A DNA stretch of 64,000 nt from Candidatus Woesearchaeota archaeon (GCA_018653365.1 JABIAG010000002.1:1-64000); one strand, 5' to 3'. Numbered from the stretch's first letter, positions 19,030-29,562 are shown. A program made the numbers and translations. Notes: a model not told the origin generated them from the sequence alone.

Positions 19030-19758
19030 ATGGAAGAAGAGTTACTTAAAATCAAGGAAGCCCTAAACAAATCATACTCTATAGTATTAGGAACAAATTG
19101 TGAGATTACTTATTCTGGAAGAGCAGAGTCTTTCCTTCCAAAAGGGGACAGAATTATCTTAATCAAACAGGATGGAACGTTACTAGTTCATCAACCTACG
19201 GGTAATAATCCTATTAATTACATGAAGGAGGCTGAACACTCTCTTATTCTAGACAATAATGAACTTTGTCTTCAGTCTAAGAATATAAAAAATAAAGAAT
19301 TTCTAGATATCAAAATTCATAAACTTCACTTCCATACCATTCATTCTTTAGAAGACGCTGAAAAGATCCAGATCCAGGGAACTGAAAAGGACATGGCAGA
19401 TTTAATAATAAAACAGCCTGAATTAATCTCTAAAGACTTCAAGCCAGTCTCTCAAGAAGAACAAACTAAGTACGGATTTATTGATGTTCTTGGTCATGAT
19501 AAAGATAATAATCTAATTGTAGTAGAATGTAAACGTTACAACGGGGATCTGGCTGCAGTAACTCAATTAAGAAGATATGTCGAAAAACTCCAAGAGTCAA
19601 AAGGGGTAAATGTAGTAAAAGGAATCCTGGCCTGTCCTAAAATGTCTTCTAACGCAAAGAAAATGTTAAAAGATTGGGGTTTTAAGCACGTTTCTGTTTC
19701 TCCCCCAAAATACCTGGAACGTTATGACAATAAACAAAAAAAACTTGGAGAATACTAA
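19030..19758 (+). CDS. nucS: Endonuclease NucS/EndoMS
   Basis: YSGRA, KQDGTLLVH, GFIDVLG...VECKR, QLRRY, C-terminal PIP-like QKKLGEY. Confidence 0.93.
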   Translation: MEEELLKIKEALNKSYSIVLGTNCEITYSGRAESFLPKGDRIILIKQDGTLLVHQPTGNNPINYMKEAEHSLILDNNELCLQSKNIKNKEFLDIKIHKLHFHTIHSLEDAEKIQIQGTEKDMADLIIKQPELISKDFKPVSQEEQTKYGFIDVLGHDKDNNLIVVECKRYNGDLAAVTQLRRYVEKLQESKGVNVVKGILACPKMSSNAKKMLKDWGFKHVSVSPPKYLERYDNKQKKLGEY

Positions 19759-19964
19759 ACCTCTTCTACCTCGAACCCTTCTTTTTTTCCAATTCTAAAA
19801 CAAGATTGATTGCTTATTATTCGTTTAGCATCTAGATCAATAAAAATGAATTCCTTGAATCTGCCATTAAACTCTTCCCCCTCCAACAACTTAATAACCT
19901 CTCGCCAGTGCAGGAATGCATGTTTTATCTTTCCCTCTTTAACACATACGTTAATGAACGTCAT
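19755..19964 (-). CDS. Small hypothetical protein
   Basis: 69-aa ORF filling the gap, convergent with nucS. Confidence 0.5.
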   Translation of the reverse strand: MTFINVCVKEGKIKHAFLHWREVIKLLEGEEFNGRFKEFIFIDLDAKRIISNQSCFRIGKKEGFEVEEV

Positions 19965-20078
19965 CTGATTTTTGTCTTTTTTGTCTTAATAAGCTCTTGC
20001 TAAGATTTTTCGTAAATTTTTCAATATTTTCAGAAGATTTTCAATAGATTTTTAAACTAGGCTTTCAAAAGATTTAAG

Positions 20079-20822
20079 ATGAATGTTTGGGGTTACGCAA
20101 TTCTTAGTTCAGTTATAGTTAGTGTTATCTCACTAGTGGGCATATTTACACTTTCTTTAAAAATTAACCAACTTAAAAAAATTGTTTTTTATCTTATCAG
20201 TTTTTCAGCAGGAGCACTATTGGGGGATGCATTCCTTCATTTAATTCCTCATTCACTGGAGGGGGGATTTCATACATCAACTGCTTTTTTGATTTTATTT
20301 GGTGTATTGTTTATGTTTTTTATTGAAAAAATTATTCATTGGAGGCACTGTCATGAACCAACTTGTGAGTCTCATCCACACCCTTTCGCAATTATGAATA
20401 TTGTGGGAGATGTAATTCATAATTTGATTGATGGTTTAATTATTGGGGCTTCATATCTTGTAAACATTCCTTTAGGTATAGCCACTACTTTAGCTGTTGT
20501 TTTTCACGAGGTGCCTCAAGAAATTGGGGACTTTGGAGTTTTAATCCATGGAGGATTTTCAAAAGGAAAGGCAATTTTCTATAATTTTCTTACTGCATTA
20601 ACTGCCATTGTGGGGGTTGTATTGGCATTACTTATTGGTTCTAAAGTTGGCTCTTTAGCTCATCTGCTAATACCTTTCGCTGCAGGATCCTTCATATATA
20701 TTGCTGCTTCAGATCTCATTCCTGAGATGCATAAAGAACAACGGTTTTGGCGAGGCCTGTTACAGTTAGGGTTGATCGTGTTAGGTATTTTAGTTATGTT
20801 TGGATTGTTATTGTTGGAGTAA
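20079..20822 (+). CDS. ZIP family metal transporter
   Basis: AFLHLIPH, His-rich loop, HNLIDG, HEVPQEIGD, DLIPEMH. Confidence 0.93.
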   Translation: MNVWGYAILSSVIVSVISLVGIFTLSLKINQLKKIVFYLISFSAGALLGDAFLHLIPHSLEGGFHTSTAFLILFGVLFMFFIEKIIHWRHCHEPTCESHPHPFAIMNIVGDVIHNLIDGLIIGASYLVNIPLGIATTLAVVFHEVPQEIGDFGVLIHGGFSKGKAIFYNFLTALTAIVGVVLALLIGSKVGSLAHLLIPFAAGSFIYIAASDLIPEMHKEQRFWRGLLQLGLIVLGILVMFGLLLLE

Positions 20823-20825
20823 ATA

Positions 20826-21158
20826 ATGGATGATTTGATAAAAAGAAAAGGACAATTTTTAACTCGCTTTTTACATAGTCTTTTAGCATCAATTATTTTA
20901 GTATCAATTATAGTAATTTATTTTAGTGTTTTTACGAATGAGATTAATGGATTAACACATTTGTCTGTTGCAGTTGTTGTTTTCGAGGCAGCCATTTTAT
21001 TTATTTTTAAGGGAGATTGCCCATTTGTTTTCTTGCATCAACTTTTTGGAGATGAAAGAAGTTTTTTTAATTTGTTTATGCCTGAAAAGTTTGTTACTCC
21101 AGTAATCCTGGGCATAGGGTTAGTGGCTCTGGTGGGAATTGTTCTACTTGTATTTTAA
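20826..21158 (+). CDS. Small membrane protein with a GDCP motif
   Basis: Three hydrophobic helices; cotranscribed with the ZIP transporter. Confidence 0.55.
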   Translation: MDDLIKRKGQFLTRFLHSLLASIILVSIIVIYFSVFTNEINGLTHLSVAVVVFEAAILFIFKGDCPFVFLHQLFGDERSFFNLFMPEKFVTPVILGIGLVALVGIVLLVF

Positions 21159-21194
21159 TAACTTCTTGACCAACAAAAAATATATAAACATAGT

Positions 21195-22145
21195 ATGCCA
21201 AAAAAGAGCATGTCTGATATAAAAACTGATGTTGAGCAAAACTTTGTAACGTTTTTAAGAGAAGCTAAAAGTTTAGGACTTGACTTACCTTTGGAAGAAT
21301 ATGATTCTGTGGTTGTCGCAGGAATGGGTGGTTCAGGAATATCTGGAGACTTATTGAAAATCTTAATCCCAAATATCACAACAGTTCATGATTATTCTCT
21401 TCCTGATTGGGTTAATAATAAAACGTTAGTTATTGCATGTTCTTACTCAGGTAATACTGAGGAAATGATTGCATTGTATAATGATGCAAGAAAAAAGATT
21501 TGTCAAGTAGTAGTAATCTCTTCTGGGGGGAGATTGAGAGAAAAAGCACTAAAGGACAAACTTCCCTGCATTAGGATTCCTTTTGGGATTCAACCGCGTG
21601 CATCAATTCCTTATATGTTGCTTCCTTTAATGAATATTTTAAAGCAACCAATCCCTGATTTGACTAAACTGATTGAAGCACTTAAAAGTTCAAAAATAAG
21701 AAATAAGGCTAAAGAACTCGCAGTAAAACTTGTTGATAAAGTTCCAATAATTTATTCTTCACAACGAATTTATCCTGTTGCATACCGTTGGAAAACTCAG
21801 TTTAATGAGAATGCAAAGATTCATGCATTTTCAAATGCATTTTCTGAATTGAATCATAATGAGTTAGAGGGATTTGTTCATTTGAAGGCAGATTTTCATG
21901 TAGTTATTATTGTTGATGATGAAGACAATGCAAAGATAAAGAAAAGAATGGCAATAACAAAAAAATTAGTTCTGTCTAAAGGCGTATCGGTTACAGAAAT
22001 CGCAATTACTGGGAAGAAATTGTTTAATCGAATTATCACGGAGTTATACCTGGGGGATCTTACCTCGGTTTATCTTGCTGAAAATTACAAAATTGATCCT
22101 ACTGAAGTTCATCTTATTGAACAATTCAAGAAACAACTGAAATAA
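21195..22145 (+). CDS. Bifunctional phosphoglucose/phosphomannose isomerase
   Basis: GMGGSGISG, SYSGNTEE, SSGG, QPRA, RWKTQFNENAK, ELNHNE. Confidence 0.92.
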   Translation: MPKKSMSDIKTDVEQNFVTFLREAKSLGLDLPLEEYDSVVVAGMGGSGISGDLLKILIPNITTVHDYSLPDWVNNKTLVIACSYSGNTEEMIALYNDARKKICQVVVISSGGRLREKALKDKLPCIRIPFGIQPRASIPYMLLPLMNILKQPIPDLTKLIEALKSSKIRNKAKELAVKLVDKVPIIYSSQRIYPVAYRWKTQFNENAKIHAFSNAFSELNHNELEGFVHLKADFHVVIIVDDEDNAKIKKRMAITKKLVLSKGVSVTEIAITGKKLFNRIITELYLGDLTSVYLAENYKIDPTEVHLIEQFKKQLK

Positions 22146-22148
22146 ACA

Positions 22149-22643
22149 ATGGACCTAAAACAAATAAAAGAATTAAATGAAATGACAAAGACTTTACAAA
22201 AACACGGTCTAGCTAATAATTCTGAGGAAGGAGTAAAACTTGCAGAAGGCATTTCGGATGCAGATGTTCCAGAAAAAGATGTTAAATCTTCAGTTTCAAA
22301 AGAGTATGTGGAAATCATGTTTGAACGAAATAATCGCAAAATTTCAGAATACGTTTCAAGTTTAAAGGATGAAATCACTACTCTAAAAAATAAGGTGGAT
22401 CTTCTTGAACAAAGTATCCCTTCACATAAAAATTACACTTCCGAACCTGAAAAAATTGAAATAAAAGATGATGCAAAACCTGTTGTAGAAGAAGCTAAAC
22501 CTGCAGTTCAAGAAACTCTGTCTAAAGATGATACGCGAGATAACAAAATTACTAAAGATGATGTTAAGAACGGGCGAGACCCTGATGAGTTGGATGGGGC
22601 TGATGTGTCTGTTGAGAATATTTTTTATTACGGGAATAAGTAA
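22149..22643 (+). CDS. Coiled-coil hypothetical protein with a C-terminal VSVENIFYYG motif
   Basis: Coiled coil, charged linker and a short aromatic tail. Confidence 0.6.
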   Translation: MDLKQIKELNEMTKTLQKHGLANNSEEGVKLAEGISDADVPEKDVKSSVSKEYVEIMFERNNRKISEYVSSLKDEITTLKNKVDLLEQSIPSHKNYTSEPEKIEIKDDAKPVVEEAKPAVQETLSKDDTRDNKITKDDVKNGRDPDELDGADVSVENIFYYGNK

Positions 22644-22687
22644 CCTAGTACAACAATAATTATAAAGCAATTTTCTCATTAAGAATC

Positions 22688-24742
22688 ATGCTAATTAAAA
22701 CCCTAAAGCTCAACAACATAAGAACATATTTAGATGAAACTATAATTTTTCCAGATTCTTCAATAATGCTTTCAGGAGATATTGGGTGTGGAAAGTCATC
22801 TATTTTATTAGCAATAGAGTTTGCATTGTTTGGGATCTTACGAGGTGAACTGTCTGGAGAATCATTACTAAGAAAGGGTTCTACTGAGGGGAGTGTTGAA
22901 CTAGAGTTTCAAATAAACGAGCTTCCTTTAACAATAAAACGAACTCTTAAACGCTCGCCAAAAGGCGTGCAACAATCGGCAGGTTTTTTTATAGAAAATG
23001 GAATCAAAACTGAGGCAACTGCAATAGAACTAAAAACAAAAATTCTAACTCTGTTAGGTTATCCACAATCATTACTCACAACATCTAAATCTTTAATTTA
23101 CCGTTATACAGTTTACACGCCACAGGAAGAGATGAAACGAATAATTCAAGATGATGAGGAGTCTAGATTAAACATACTTAGAAAAGTTTTCAACATGGAC
23201 AAGTATAAGCGAATAAAAGAGAATGCAAGTACATTTCTTCTAACTTTAAGGGATGAATTACTTATTGATGATACTAAATTACAATCACTTTTTGATAAAC
23301 AGCGAGATCTTGCTGAAACGTCTTTGCAATTGAAACAAGTTGATGAACATCTTAAGTTGAGCTCTCCAAAGGAAGAAGTAATTGTTGCTGAGAAGAAACT
23401 TAAAATTCAAAAAATTAATGAAATTGAAACACATTTAGTGGAATTGAATAAGCTTAAGCAAACACTCTCAATTCAAGAAACTAACCTAAAAAATATTGAA
23501 ATTAAAATATCTGCTAATATTAATAAGATTTTTGAGACTAAGAATAAAAAAGAAACTCTTGAGTTAGAACTTGCTCAAACAAAATTGGATGATGAAGAAG
23601 AATTAAAGTCTAAAATACTTGCTTTAACAACAGTACTAGCTAATTTAGAACAAAAAGAGCGTGATGTAATTGCAAAAACATTTTCATTTAAGGAAAAAAT
23701 AAAAGAGGCTGAACAATTAAGTGAAAAGATAGCACAGTTAAAGAATTGCCCGCTATGTCTACAACCGGTTAATGATCTTCACAAAAAACTTGTCTCAGAA
23801 GAAGAACAAAAGAAGATTGCCGAATTTAAACAACAAATAGAATTATTAAATAAGGAACCCTCAAATGCTGAAGAAAAGAAGGTACAATTAGATGAATTTA
23901 AGAGATCTCTTAATAAAATCGAACTTATTAATTTCAAAAAGAAAACTCTTGACGAATACATTTTAACAATTAAGGAGTTGGAATCAGAGAACTTAGAGTC
24001 CAAGACAAAGATTGAATCCATAAACCAGGTTAAATCAGAATTGGTGTCTAAGATTGCAGGATTTGCACAATTAGAAGAACAGTATAAAAAGATTAAGCAA
24101 CAATATCTTGAGGTTTTAGAATCTGAAAAATCTTTGCACGTTAAATTAGCAGAACTAAAAACAAAGAAAGAAGCCTATTTTATTACTACAAAAAAGCTTG
24201 AAACCGAAATTGACTATCTTCTTAAGCTTCAACAGGAAGTAAAGAAACGAAGAGCTTTACAGAATTGGATCAAGGAACACTTTCTTAAGGTTGTAGATCT
24301 TATTGAACGTCATGTAATGCTTAAAATTCAACAAGAGTTCAATGGCTTTTTTCAGGAGTGGTTTAATTTTATGTTGGAGGATGAAAACATTTCTGCAAGG
24401 TTAGATGAAAAGTTTTCTCCAATTGTAACACAGAATGGTTATGAGATCGCATTTGGAGATCTTTCTGGGGGGGAAAAGACTAGTGTTGCTCTCGCTTATC
24501 GGTTAGCGCTTAACAAAGTTATTAATGATCTTATCTCAACAGTAAATACTAAAGATATTATTGTTCTTGACGAGCCTACTGATGGATTCAGTTCTGAACA
24601 ATTAGATAAACTCAAAGATGTTTTAGATCAACTAAATATGAATCAGGTAATTTTAGTGTCTCATGAATCTAAAGTAGAATCGTTTGTAGGTAGTGTTATT
24701 AGAATAACAAAAAATGCAGGTGTTAGTAAAGTTTTAGTTTAG
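22688..24742 (+). CDS. rad50: Rad50/SbcC DNA repair ATPase
   Basis: Walker A GDIGCGKSS, Zn hook CPLC, LSGGE, VLDEPT, VSHE. Confidence 0.88.
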   Translation: MLIKTLKLNNIRTYLDETIIFPDSSIMLSGDIGCGKSSILLAIEFALFGILRGELSGESLLRKGSTEGSVELEFQINELPLTIKRTLKRSPKGVQQSAGFFIENGIKTEATAIELKTKILTLLGYPQSLLTTSKSLIYRYTVYTPQEEMKRIIQDDEESRLNILRKVFNMDKYKRIKENASTFLLTLRDELLIDDTKLQSLFDKQRDLAETSLQLKQVDEHLKLSSPKEEVIVAEKKLKIQKINEIETHLVELNKLKQTLSIQETNLKNIEIKISANINKIFETKNKKETLELELAQTKLDDEEELKSKILALTTVLANLEQKERDVIAKTFSFKEKIKEAEQLSEKIAQLKNCPLCLQPVNDLHKKLVSEEEQKKIAEFKQQIELLNKEPSNAEEKKVQLDEFKRSLNKIELINFKKKTLDEYILTIKELESENLESKTKIESINQVKSELVSKIAGFAQLEEQYKKIKQQYLEVLESEKSLHVKLAELKTKKEAYFITTKKLETEIDYLLKLQQEVKKRRALQNWIKEHFLKVVDLIERHVMLKIQQEFNGFFQEWFNFMLEDENISARLDEKFSPIVTQNGYEIAFGDLSGGEKTSVALAYRLALNKVINDLISTVNTKDIIVLDEPTDGFSSEQLDKLKDVLDQLNMNQVILVSHESKVESFVGSVIRITKNAGVSKVLV

Positions 24743-24776
24743 AAAAGCTTATATATAAACTTATCATAAAAAATAT

Positions 24777-25760
24777 ATGGATTATCCTAATTTTAAAAAA
24801 AAGATAGACCCTGCTTTTAGAGCACAATTCTTTGATCATAGTGCCCATCATATGGAACATCATCTAAAAAAGATTATGGATCAATTAACTACTAAATACG
24901 ATTCTTATGAGTTGGAATTTTGGGAGTGGATTGCTGAACATGTTCATTTAATGTATGATTTAAAAGATGCATTAGAATATTTAAACAGTAATTTTTCAGC
25001 TAAAGAATTATTAGATCAGTTTCGTACAGCAAGAACTTTGGGTAGGGTATTATATGCGGGATTTTACACTGATTATTTTAAAGGAAAGACCGGGCAAGAA
25101 ATTTTGGCAGAAAACAATATGGATAATCATAAATATTATGAAAAGATTAAAGAAATTATAAAAGAGATAGAAAAATATAGGGATGAGATAAACCAAAACG
25201 GAAAAATCTTGAAGACCGAACGCCAGAGCATGGATTTTTATTACTTAGAACTATATCCTGCCCTAAAGAGAAATAAACAATTACGATTTTATCTTACCGC
25301 AAACCCCTTGCATCTAAGAGATTGCATATTTAGATTGTTAGAAGAACTTTTTAAAGTAGCGAATGAAGATCAAACTAGAATAGATTTTAAATTTTATGCG
25401 GGGGGAAAGGGGTATAGGAGAGATAGCATAGTTATTTATGGTCAAAAGAAAATTAAGAGCGTAATAAAAGACCTCCCCGATAATTGGTTTTTAGAGTCTC
25501 ATCTTCCTTTTGGTAAAAAGATTGCTAGTGGGAGAACTATTACTAAAGATAAAGGTAAAGAGATAAACGAAAAAGTTCTGGATAGCCGTGCCGAAAATTC
25601 AAATGGTTCGGCGTTAACTCAAATACTTGCTGATGTTTTGTATGGGACCGTTAAACATAATGATAAAATGCCTGAAAAACCAGAAGCGCAGTTTAACATA
25701 ATTCTTGATGTATGTTACAACCTTTTTATTAAAAGAGTAAAGATTCATGATGGATTGTAA
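24777..25760 (+). CDS. Hypothetical protein with a HopA1-like C-terminal domain
   Basis: LRFYL ... DFKF ... RRDSIVIY ... PFGKKI motif order resembles 'T3SS effector HopA1 family' proteins. Confidence 0.45.
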   Translation: MDYPNFKKKIDPAFRAQFFDHSAHHMEHHLKKIMDQLTTKYDSYELEFWEWIAEHVHLMYDLKDALEYLNSNFSAKELLDQFRTARTLGRVLYAGFYTDYFKGKTGQEILAENNMDNHKYYEKIKEIIKEIEKYRDEINQNGKILKTERQSMDFYYLELYPALKRNKQLRFYLTANPLHLRDCIFRLLEELFKVANEDQTRIDFKFYAGGKGYRRDSIVIYGQKKIKSVIKDLPDNWFLESHLPFGKKIASGRTITKDKGKEINEKVLDSRAENSNGSALTQILADVLYGTVKHNDKMPEKPEAQFNIILDVCYNLFIKRVKIHDGL

Positions 25761-25854
25761 AGTTTTAACTTAACTCAATACTTCTTCTCTATCATCAAAA
25801 GATTTATAAATTTCTGTGATTATTTCTCTTTTATCACAGTTGTGAGGGGATTAT

Positions 25855-27297
25855 ATGAAAAAATTACTGATTTACGCATTATTATTAACACTTTTAGTTA
25901 CTTTTGTTTCTGCAACTGATTTTACTGTAAAGACCACGGCAATAAAGGAGGTAATTGATATTGAAGATGTTGCTTCTTTTGAGCTAGCAATAAAAAACTT
26001 TGGGGTTTCAGACTCTTTCAGAGTTTATTATAATGGTGTTGAATGGGATATTCCTGTAGTATCTTTAGATTTACAGCATAAAGAACAAAAAACAATCACG
26101 GTTAATGCTCGTCCATTATATGTTAATAATGGACAACATGCAATAACACTTAATGTTAAATCTGCTGAAGGGAATGAGGTTGAAAAAATCCCCCTAATTA
26201 TTAATGTGCGAGAAAAAGATATATCCTCTTATCAACCTAGTGTGGGTGTTGTTATTCTCATGCCTGAAGAAACTTCACCAGATAGTGATCTTCCAATAAC
26301 CCTAATTTTTAAGAATAAGAACCCTTTGGAATTGGACGATATTGAAGTTAGTGTTGAAAGTTCACAATTCTCTGAGACTAAATCAATCTCTTTAGAATCA
26401 ACAACCTCAACTCAGGTTGGTGAAGCATCTTTTGATTTAGTATTGCCCTTGGAATCAACGCTTATTGCTGAACCCTTGCTTATTACGTTTACTTTATCAC
26501 ATCAAGATGAAATAATTTATCAAAATCAAAAAAGTGTTAATGTGGTGGGTTTTTCTCCTGATTTTGTAGTTGAGAAGAGGGTTGAGAAATCTTTTTTTAG
26601 AGTTACTGAAGATATTGCAGTAAAAAATTCAGGTAATCAGAATAAGAAACAAGTTTTTAAATTAAAAACCTCGGTTATTAAAGATCTTTTTTCATCTGAA
26701 ACTCCTGATGCAAGCATTTTAAAAGAGGATGGCGCAAGATATCTTTTTTGGGAGTTGGATCTGGAACCGGGGGAAGAATTCGAACTTGTTGTTGTAAGAA
26801 ACTATCGTCCGTTCTTGTTATTTTTGTTAATCCTCATTATTGTCATCACACTTTATTTCTCTCTTAGAAGTCCTCTTGCACTAAATAAAACTGCAGAAGT
26901 TTTTAAGAAGGACGAAGGTGGAATTTCAATGTTAAAGGTTAGGCTGAAATTGAAGAACATCTCTGAAAAAACCGTGAGTGATGTTAAAATTTACGATGCT
27001 ATACCTCACCTTGCAGGTTATGTTCAAGAAGAGCATGTTGGAAGTTTGACTCCAATTAAGGTTTTAAAACATCAACATAAAGGAACCTTGATTAAATGGG
27101 AAATTCCTGTTTTGGAGGGTTTCGAAGAAAGAATAATTAGTTATAAAATTCAGGCCCAACTTAAGATTTTGGGAGGGTTGACCTTGCCTGCAGCTTCAGG
27201 GCGGTTTAAGACTTTAAAGGGTAAGGATCGTTTTTCTAAGTCTAATATTTTTAAGTTATTGCTTAAATCTAAAGATTCTGAAAAGAAACAGCAGTAA
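25855..27297 (+). CDS. Membrane-anchored Ig-like domain protein
   Basis: Signal peptide, beta-sandwich repeats, TM helix, cytoplasmic WEIPVLEGFEERIISY domain. Confidence 0.7.
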   Translation: MKKLLIYALLLTLLVTFVSATDFTVKTTAIKEVIDIEDVASFELAIKNFGVSDSFRVYYNGVEWDIPVVSLDLQHKEQKTITVNARPLYVNNGQHAITLNVKSAEGNEVEKIPLIINVREKDISSYQPSVGVVILMPEETSPDSDLPITLIFKNKNPLELDDIEVSVESSQFSETKSISLESTTSTQVGEASFDLVLPLESTLIAEPLLITFTLSHQDEIIYQNQKSVNVVGFSPDFVVEKRVEKSFFRVTEDIAVKNSGNQNKKQVFKLKTSVIKDLFSSETPDASILKEDGARYLFWELDLEPGEEFELVVVRNYRPFLLFLLILIIVITLYFSLRSPLALNKTAEVFKKDEGGISMLKVRLKLKNISEKTVSDVKIYDAIPHLAGYVQEEHVGSLTPIKVLKHQHKGTLIKWEIPVLEGFEERIISYKIQAQLKILGGLTLPAASGRFKTLKGKDRFSKSNIFKLLLKSKDSEKKQQ

Positions 27298-27331
27298 GAT
27301 TTATAAACGCGTTATTTTTCTTTTTACTTAT

Positions 27332-27546
27332 CCCCGTCTGGCTTAACTGGCTAGAGCACTTGGCTGTAGATGTTGTGTAGAGTTGTCTTTTAAAGACTGA
27401 GATGAAACACGACCAGCTGTTACCGAGGGATTCCTGGTTCGAAACGCACCGTAGGAGCGTTTCGCTCAGAACGAAGCCATTTCATGGCGTAGTGATGATG
27501 CGAAATTCATAATCTCTTACTATGCGAGAAAGTCCGGGGACGGGGA
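27332..27546 (+). tRNA. tRNA-Tyr(GTA) with two introns (37/38: 27370-27421; 59/60: 27444-27532)
   Basis: Acceptor CCCCGTC/GACGGGG, D-arm GCTT..GAGC, anticodon stem CTTGG/CCGAG, T stem CCTGG/CCGGG, discriminator A. Confidence 0.88.
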
Positions 27547-27629
27547 TACACTATTTTATAAGGTTTCTAATATCATTGCTGTATAGTATATGCATAATAT
27601 TTTTAAATAATCTTGCCGCCCAAAATGGT

Positions 27630-27803
27630 ATGATTGACGACATAAAAGACGTTAAAAAGTGTCCAGATTGTTATGGTGATGAACTCATCTATAAGGATCA
27701 GGATGATCAAGTAGTTTGTAGAACCTGTGGGGGGATCTTTGAACCTTTAACGCCTAAAGAAGAAGAAGAAGAGTTTGAGAAAACTCACGACATAACTAGT
27801 TAG
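27630..27803 (+). CDS. Small TFIIB-type Zn-ribbon protein (57 aa)
   Basis: CPDC-x15-CRTCG. The start at 27630 follows a TATA box; the listed 27522 start lies inside tRNA-Tyr. Confidence 0.75.
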   Translation: MIDDIKDVKKCPDCYGDELIYKDQDDQVVCRTCGGIFEPLTPKEEEEEFEKTHDITS

Positions 27804-27842
27804 TTTTTTTATGAACTGGTTGTTAGAACTAAATATTTCTCT

Positions 27843-28823
27843 CTACTTCCAGGTTATTTCGATATCATCAGTTCGTTCATAGGGTCGTATTGTACTATCT
27901 GTTGTTCTTTTTCCAGATTCGTATTCTACTTTTCCTTGTACTGCAATCATAGCCGCATTGTCTACTAAGTACTGATTTTCTATAATGAAGAATTTACATC
28001 CTCTTGCTTCACACATCTGTTTGCACATTTCTTGAAGTCTGGTGTTACATGCGACTCCTCCTCCCAATAATAACTCTTTTTTCCCGGTGTGGGCGAGGGC
28101 TCTTTCTGCTACCTCTACCATCATTGAGAATACTGTTTCTTGAACAGAATAGCACAGGTCTTTTTTGTCAAATCCTTTTTTGAGTTTGTCTTTTAGGTTT
28201 GTCATTAGTCCACCAAACCCTACATCCATTCCTTTTACTGTGTAAGGAAGTTCAATGTAATTTTTGCTCTTTTCTGCGAGTGCAGCAACTTTTGGACCCC
28301 CTGGAAAGCCCAGTCCCATATTTCTTGCAAAGCTATCTAGAAAGTTTCCTATTCCCATATCTAGTGTTTCTCCAAATATTCTGTATTTGCCGCCTTCATA
28401 TGCAATTACTTGGGTATTGGCTCCTGAGACGTATAACAAGACTGTATCTTTTGCTCCAGTTAATTCTTCACCAATTGTTAAGTGTGCAATACAGTGATTA
28501 ACCCCTATCAGAGGGATGTCGTTTACAATACTTAGTGTTCTGGCGGTCATTGCACCTACTCTAAGTGTGTGTCCCATTCCAGGTCCTTGTGAGAAGGATA
28601 TTAAATCAACATCTTTCATGTTAATTCCTGCAGTTTCTAGTGCGTTTTTGATAACTTCATCACAAACTTTTACGTGATGTTCTTGTGCTTTGAAAGGAAT
28701 CATACCGCCCTCTTCAGTTGTATAACTATCTTTTACATTAGCTAAGACCTCTTTGTCTTTGATTATTCCTACCCCGAATGTGTGGGCCGTTGATTCTATT
28801 CCTAATACTATCATTTTATTCAA
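27843..28823 (-). CDS. kae1: tRNA t6A biosynthesis protein Kae1/TsaD
   Basis: LGIESTAHT, SQGPG, NHCIAH, VSGANTQ, GETLD, GGVACN, DNAAMIA. Confidence 0.96.
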   Translation of the reverse strand: MNKMIVLGIESTAHTFGVGIIKDKEVLANVKDSYTTEEGGMIPFKAQEHHVKVCDEVIKNALETAGINMKDVDLISFSQGPGMGHTLRVGAMTARTLSIVNDIPLIGVNHCIAHLTIGEELTGAKDTVLLYVSGANTQVIAYEGGKYRIFGETLDMGIGNFLDSFARNMGLGFPGGPKVAALAEKSKNYIELPYTVKGMDVGFGGLMTNLKDKLKKGFDKKDLCYSVQETVFSMMVEVAERALAHTGKKELLLGGGVACNTRLQEMCKQMCEARGCKFFIIENQYLVDNAAMIAVQGKVEYESGKRTTDSTIRPYERTDDIEITWK

Positions 28824-29473
28824 GTTCCTCTTAATTTTAGATATAGTTTGAAGGATTCAACAAGACCTAGATGTCTTGTTTTTCTTCTTACTTTTCCTTG
28901 TTTTATTGCGTTGATTACTGAACTAATGTTTTTTTCTGCATCAATTAGCGTGTAGTTCTCTCCTAATTGTTCTATAAAGTGTGTGTCTGAGTTTGCAACT
29001 ATTGGTTTGTTTAATTTTTTAGCTACTCTTATTGCTTTTCTATTTAAATTTACAATTTTGTTATGCATAAAACAAAATTCTACCGCATCAAAAAGTTCAG
29101 CATACTTTTTTAGTTTTTTCCCTACACATGCTTTCGAAAGAAAAAAGGGGTGGGCAGCTATTACTAATTGTTTGTTGCCTTTTTGTTTTCTTAAATCCTC
29201 AAAATGTCTTATCTCTAATGCTTTTTTTTCATTAAAGTTGTATAATAATACGTGTGCTCGTTCTATGTTTCTTTCCATTCCTGGAATTAATAATATTCCT
29301 TTTTCTTCAGCATATGCTTTTATTTCGTGATAGAATGTCTTGTTGTGAAATGTGAAACTTAGTACATCAAAGTTTAGTTCTGCTGCTTTATCTATGATCT
29401 CTTTTGCAGTTACAGATACTTTGTCCTGTCCGTCTTCCGCTGCATGTATGTGTAGGTCTGCTTTTAATGTCAT
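28820..29473 (-). CDS. PHP-domain phosphoesterase
   Basis: DLHIH, TFHN, PGME, AHPF, NSDTH. Confidence 0.88.
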   Translation of the reverse strand: MTLKADLHIHAAEDGQDKVSVTAKEIIDKAAELNFDVLSFTFHNKTFYHEIKAYAEEKGILLIPGMERNIERAHVLLYNFNEKKALEIRHFEDLRKQKGNKQLVIAAHPFFLSKACVGKKLKKYAELFDAVEFCFMHNKIVNLNRKAIRVAKKLNKPIVANSDTHFIEQLGENYTLIDAEKNISSVINAIKQGKVRRKTRHLGLVESFKLYLKLRGT

Positions 29474-29562
29474 TTTGTTATTTTTGAGCTCATCTGAATA
29501 GTAAGTCTCATACTAAGAAAACTCGGATTTGATTTAAAAAACTATTGGTAAAAACTCTGTTT

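Noticed and set aside
27522-27629. N-terminal extension of the Zn-ribbon ORF
   Set aside because: It overlaps tRNA-Tyr and the promoter; the start at 27630 is more plausible.
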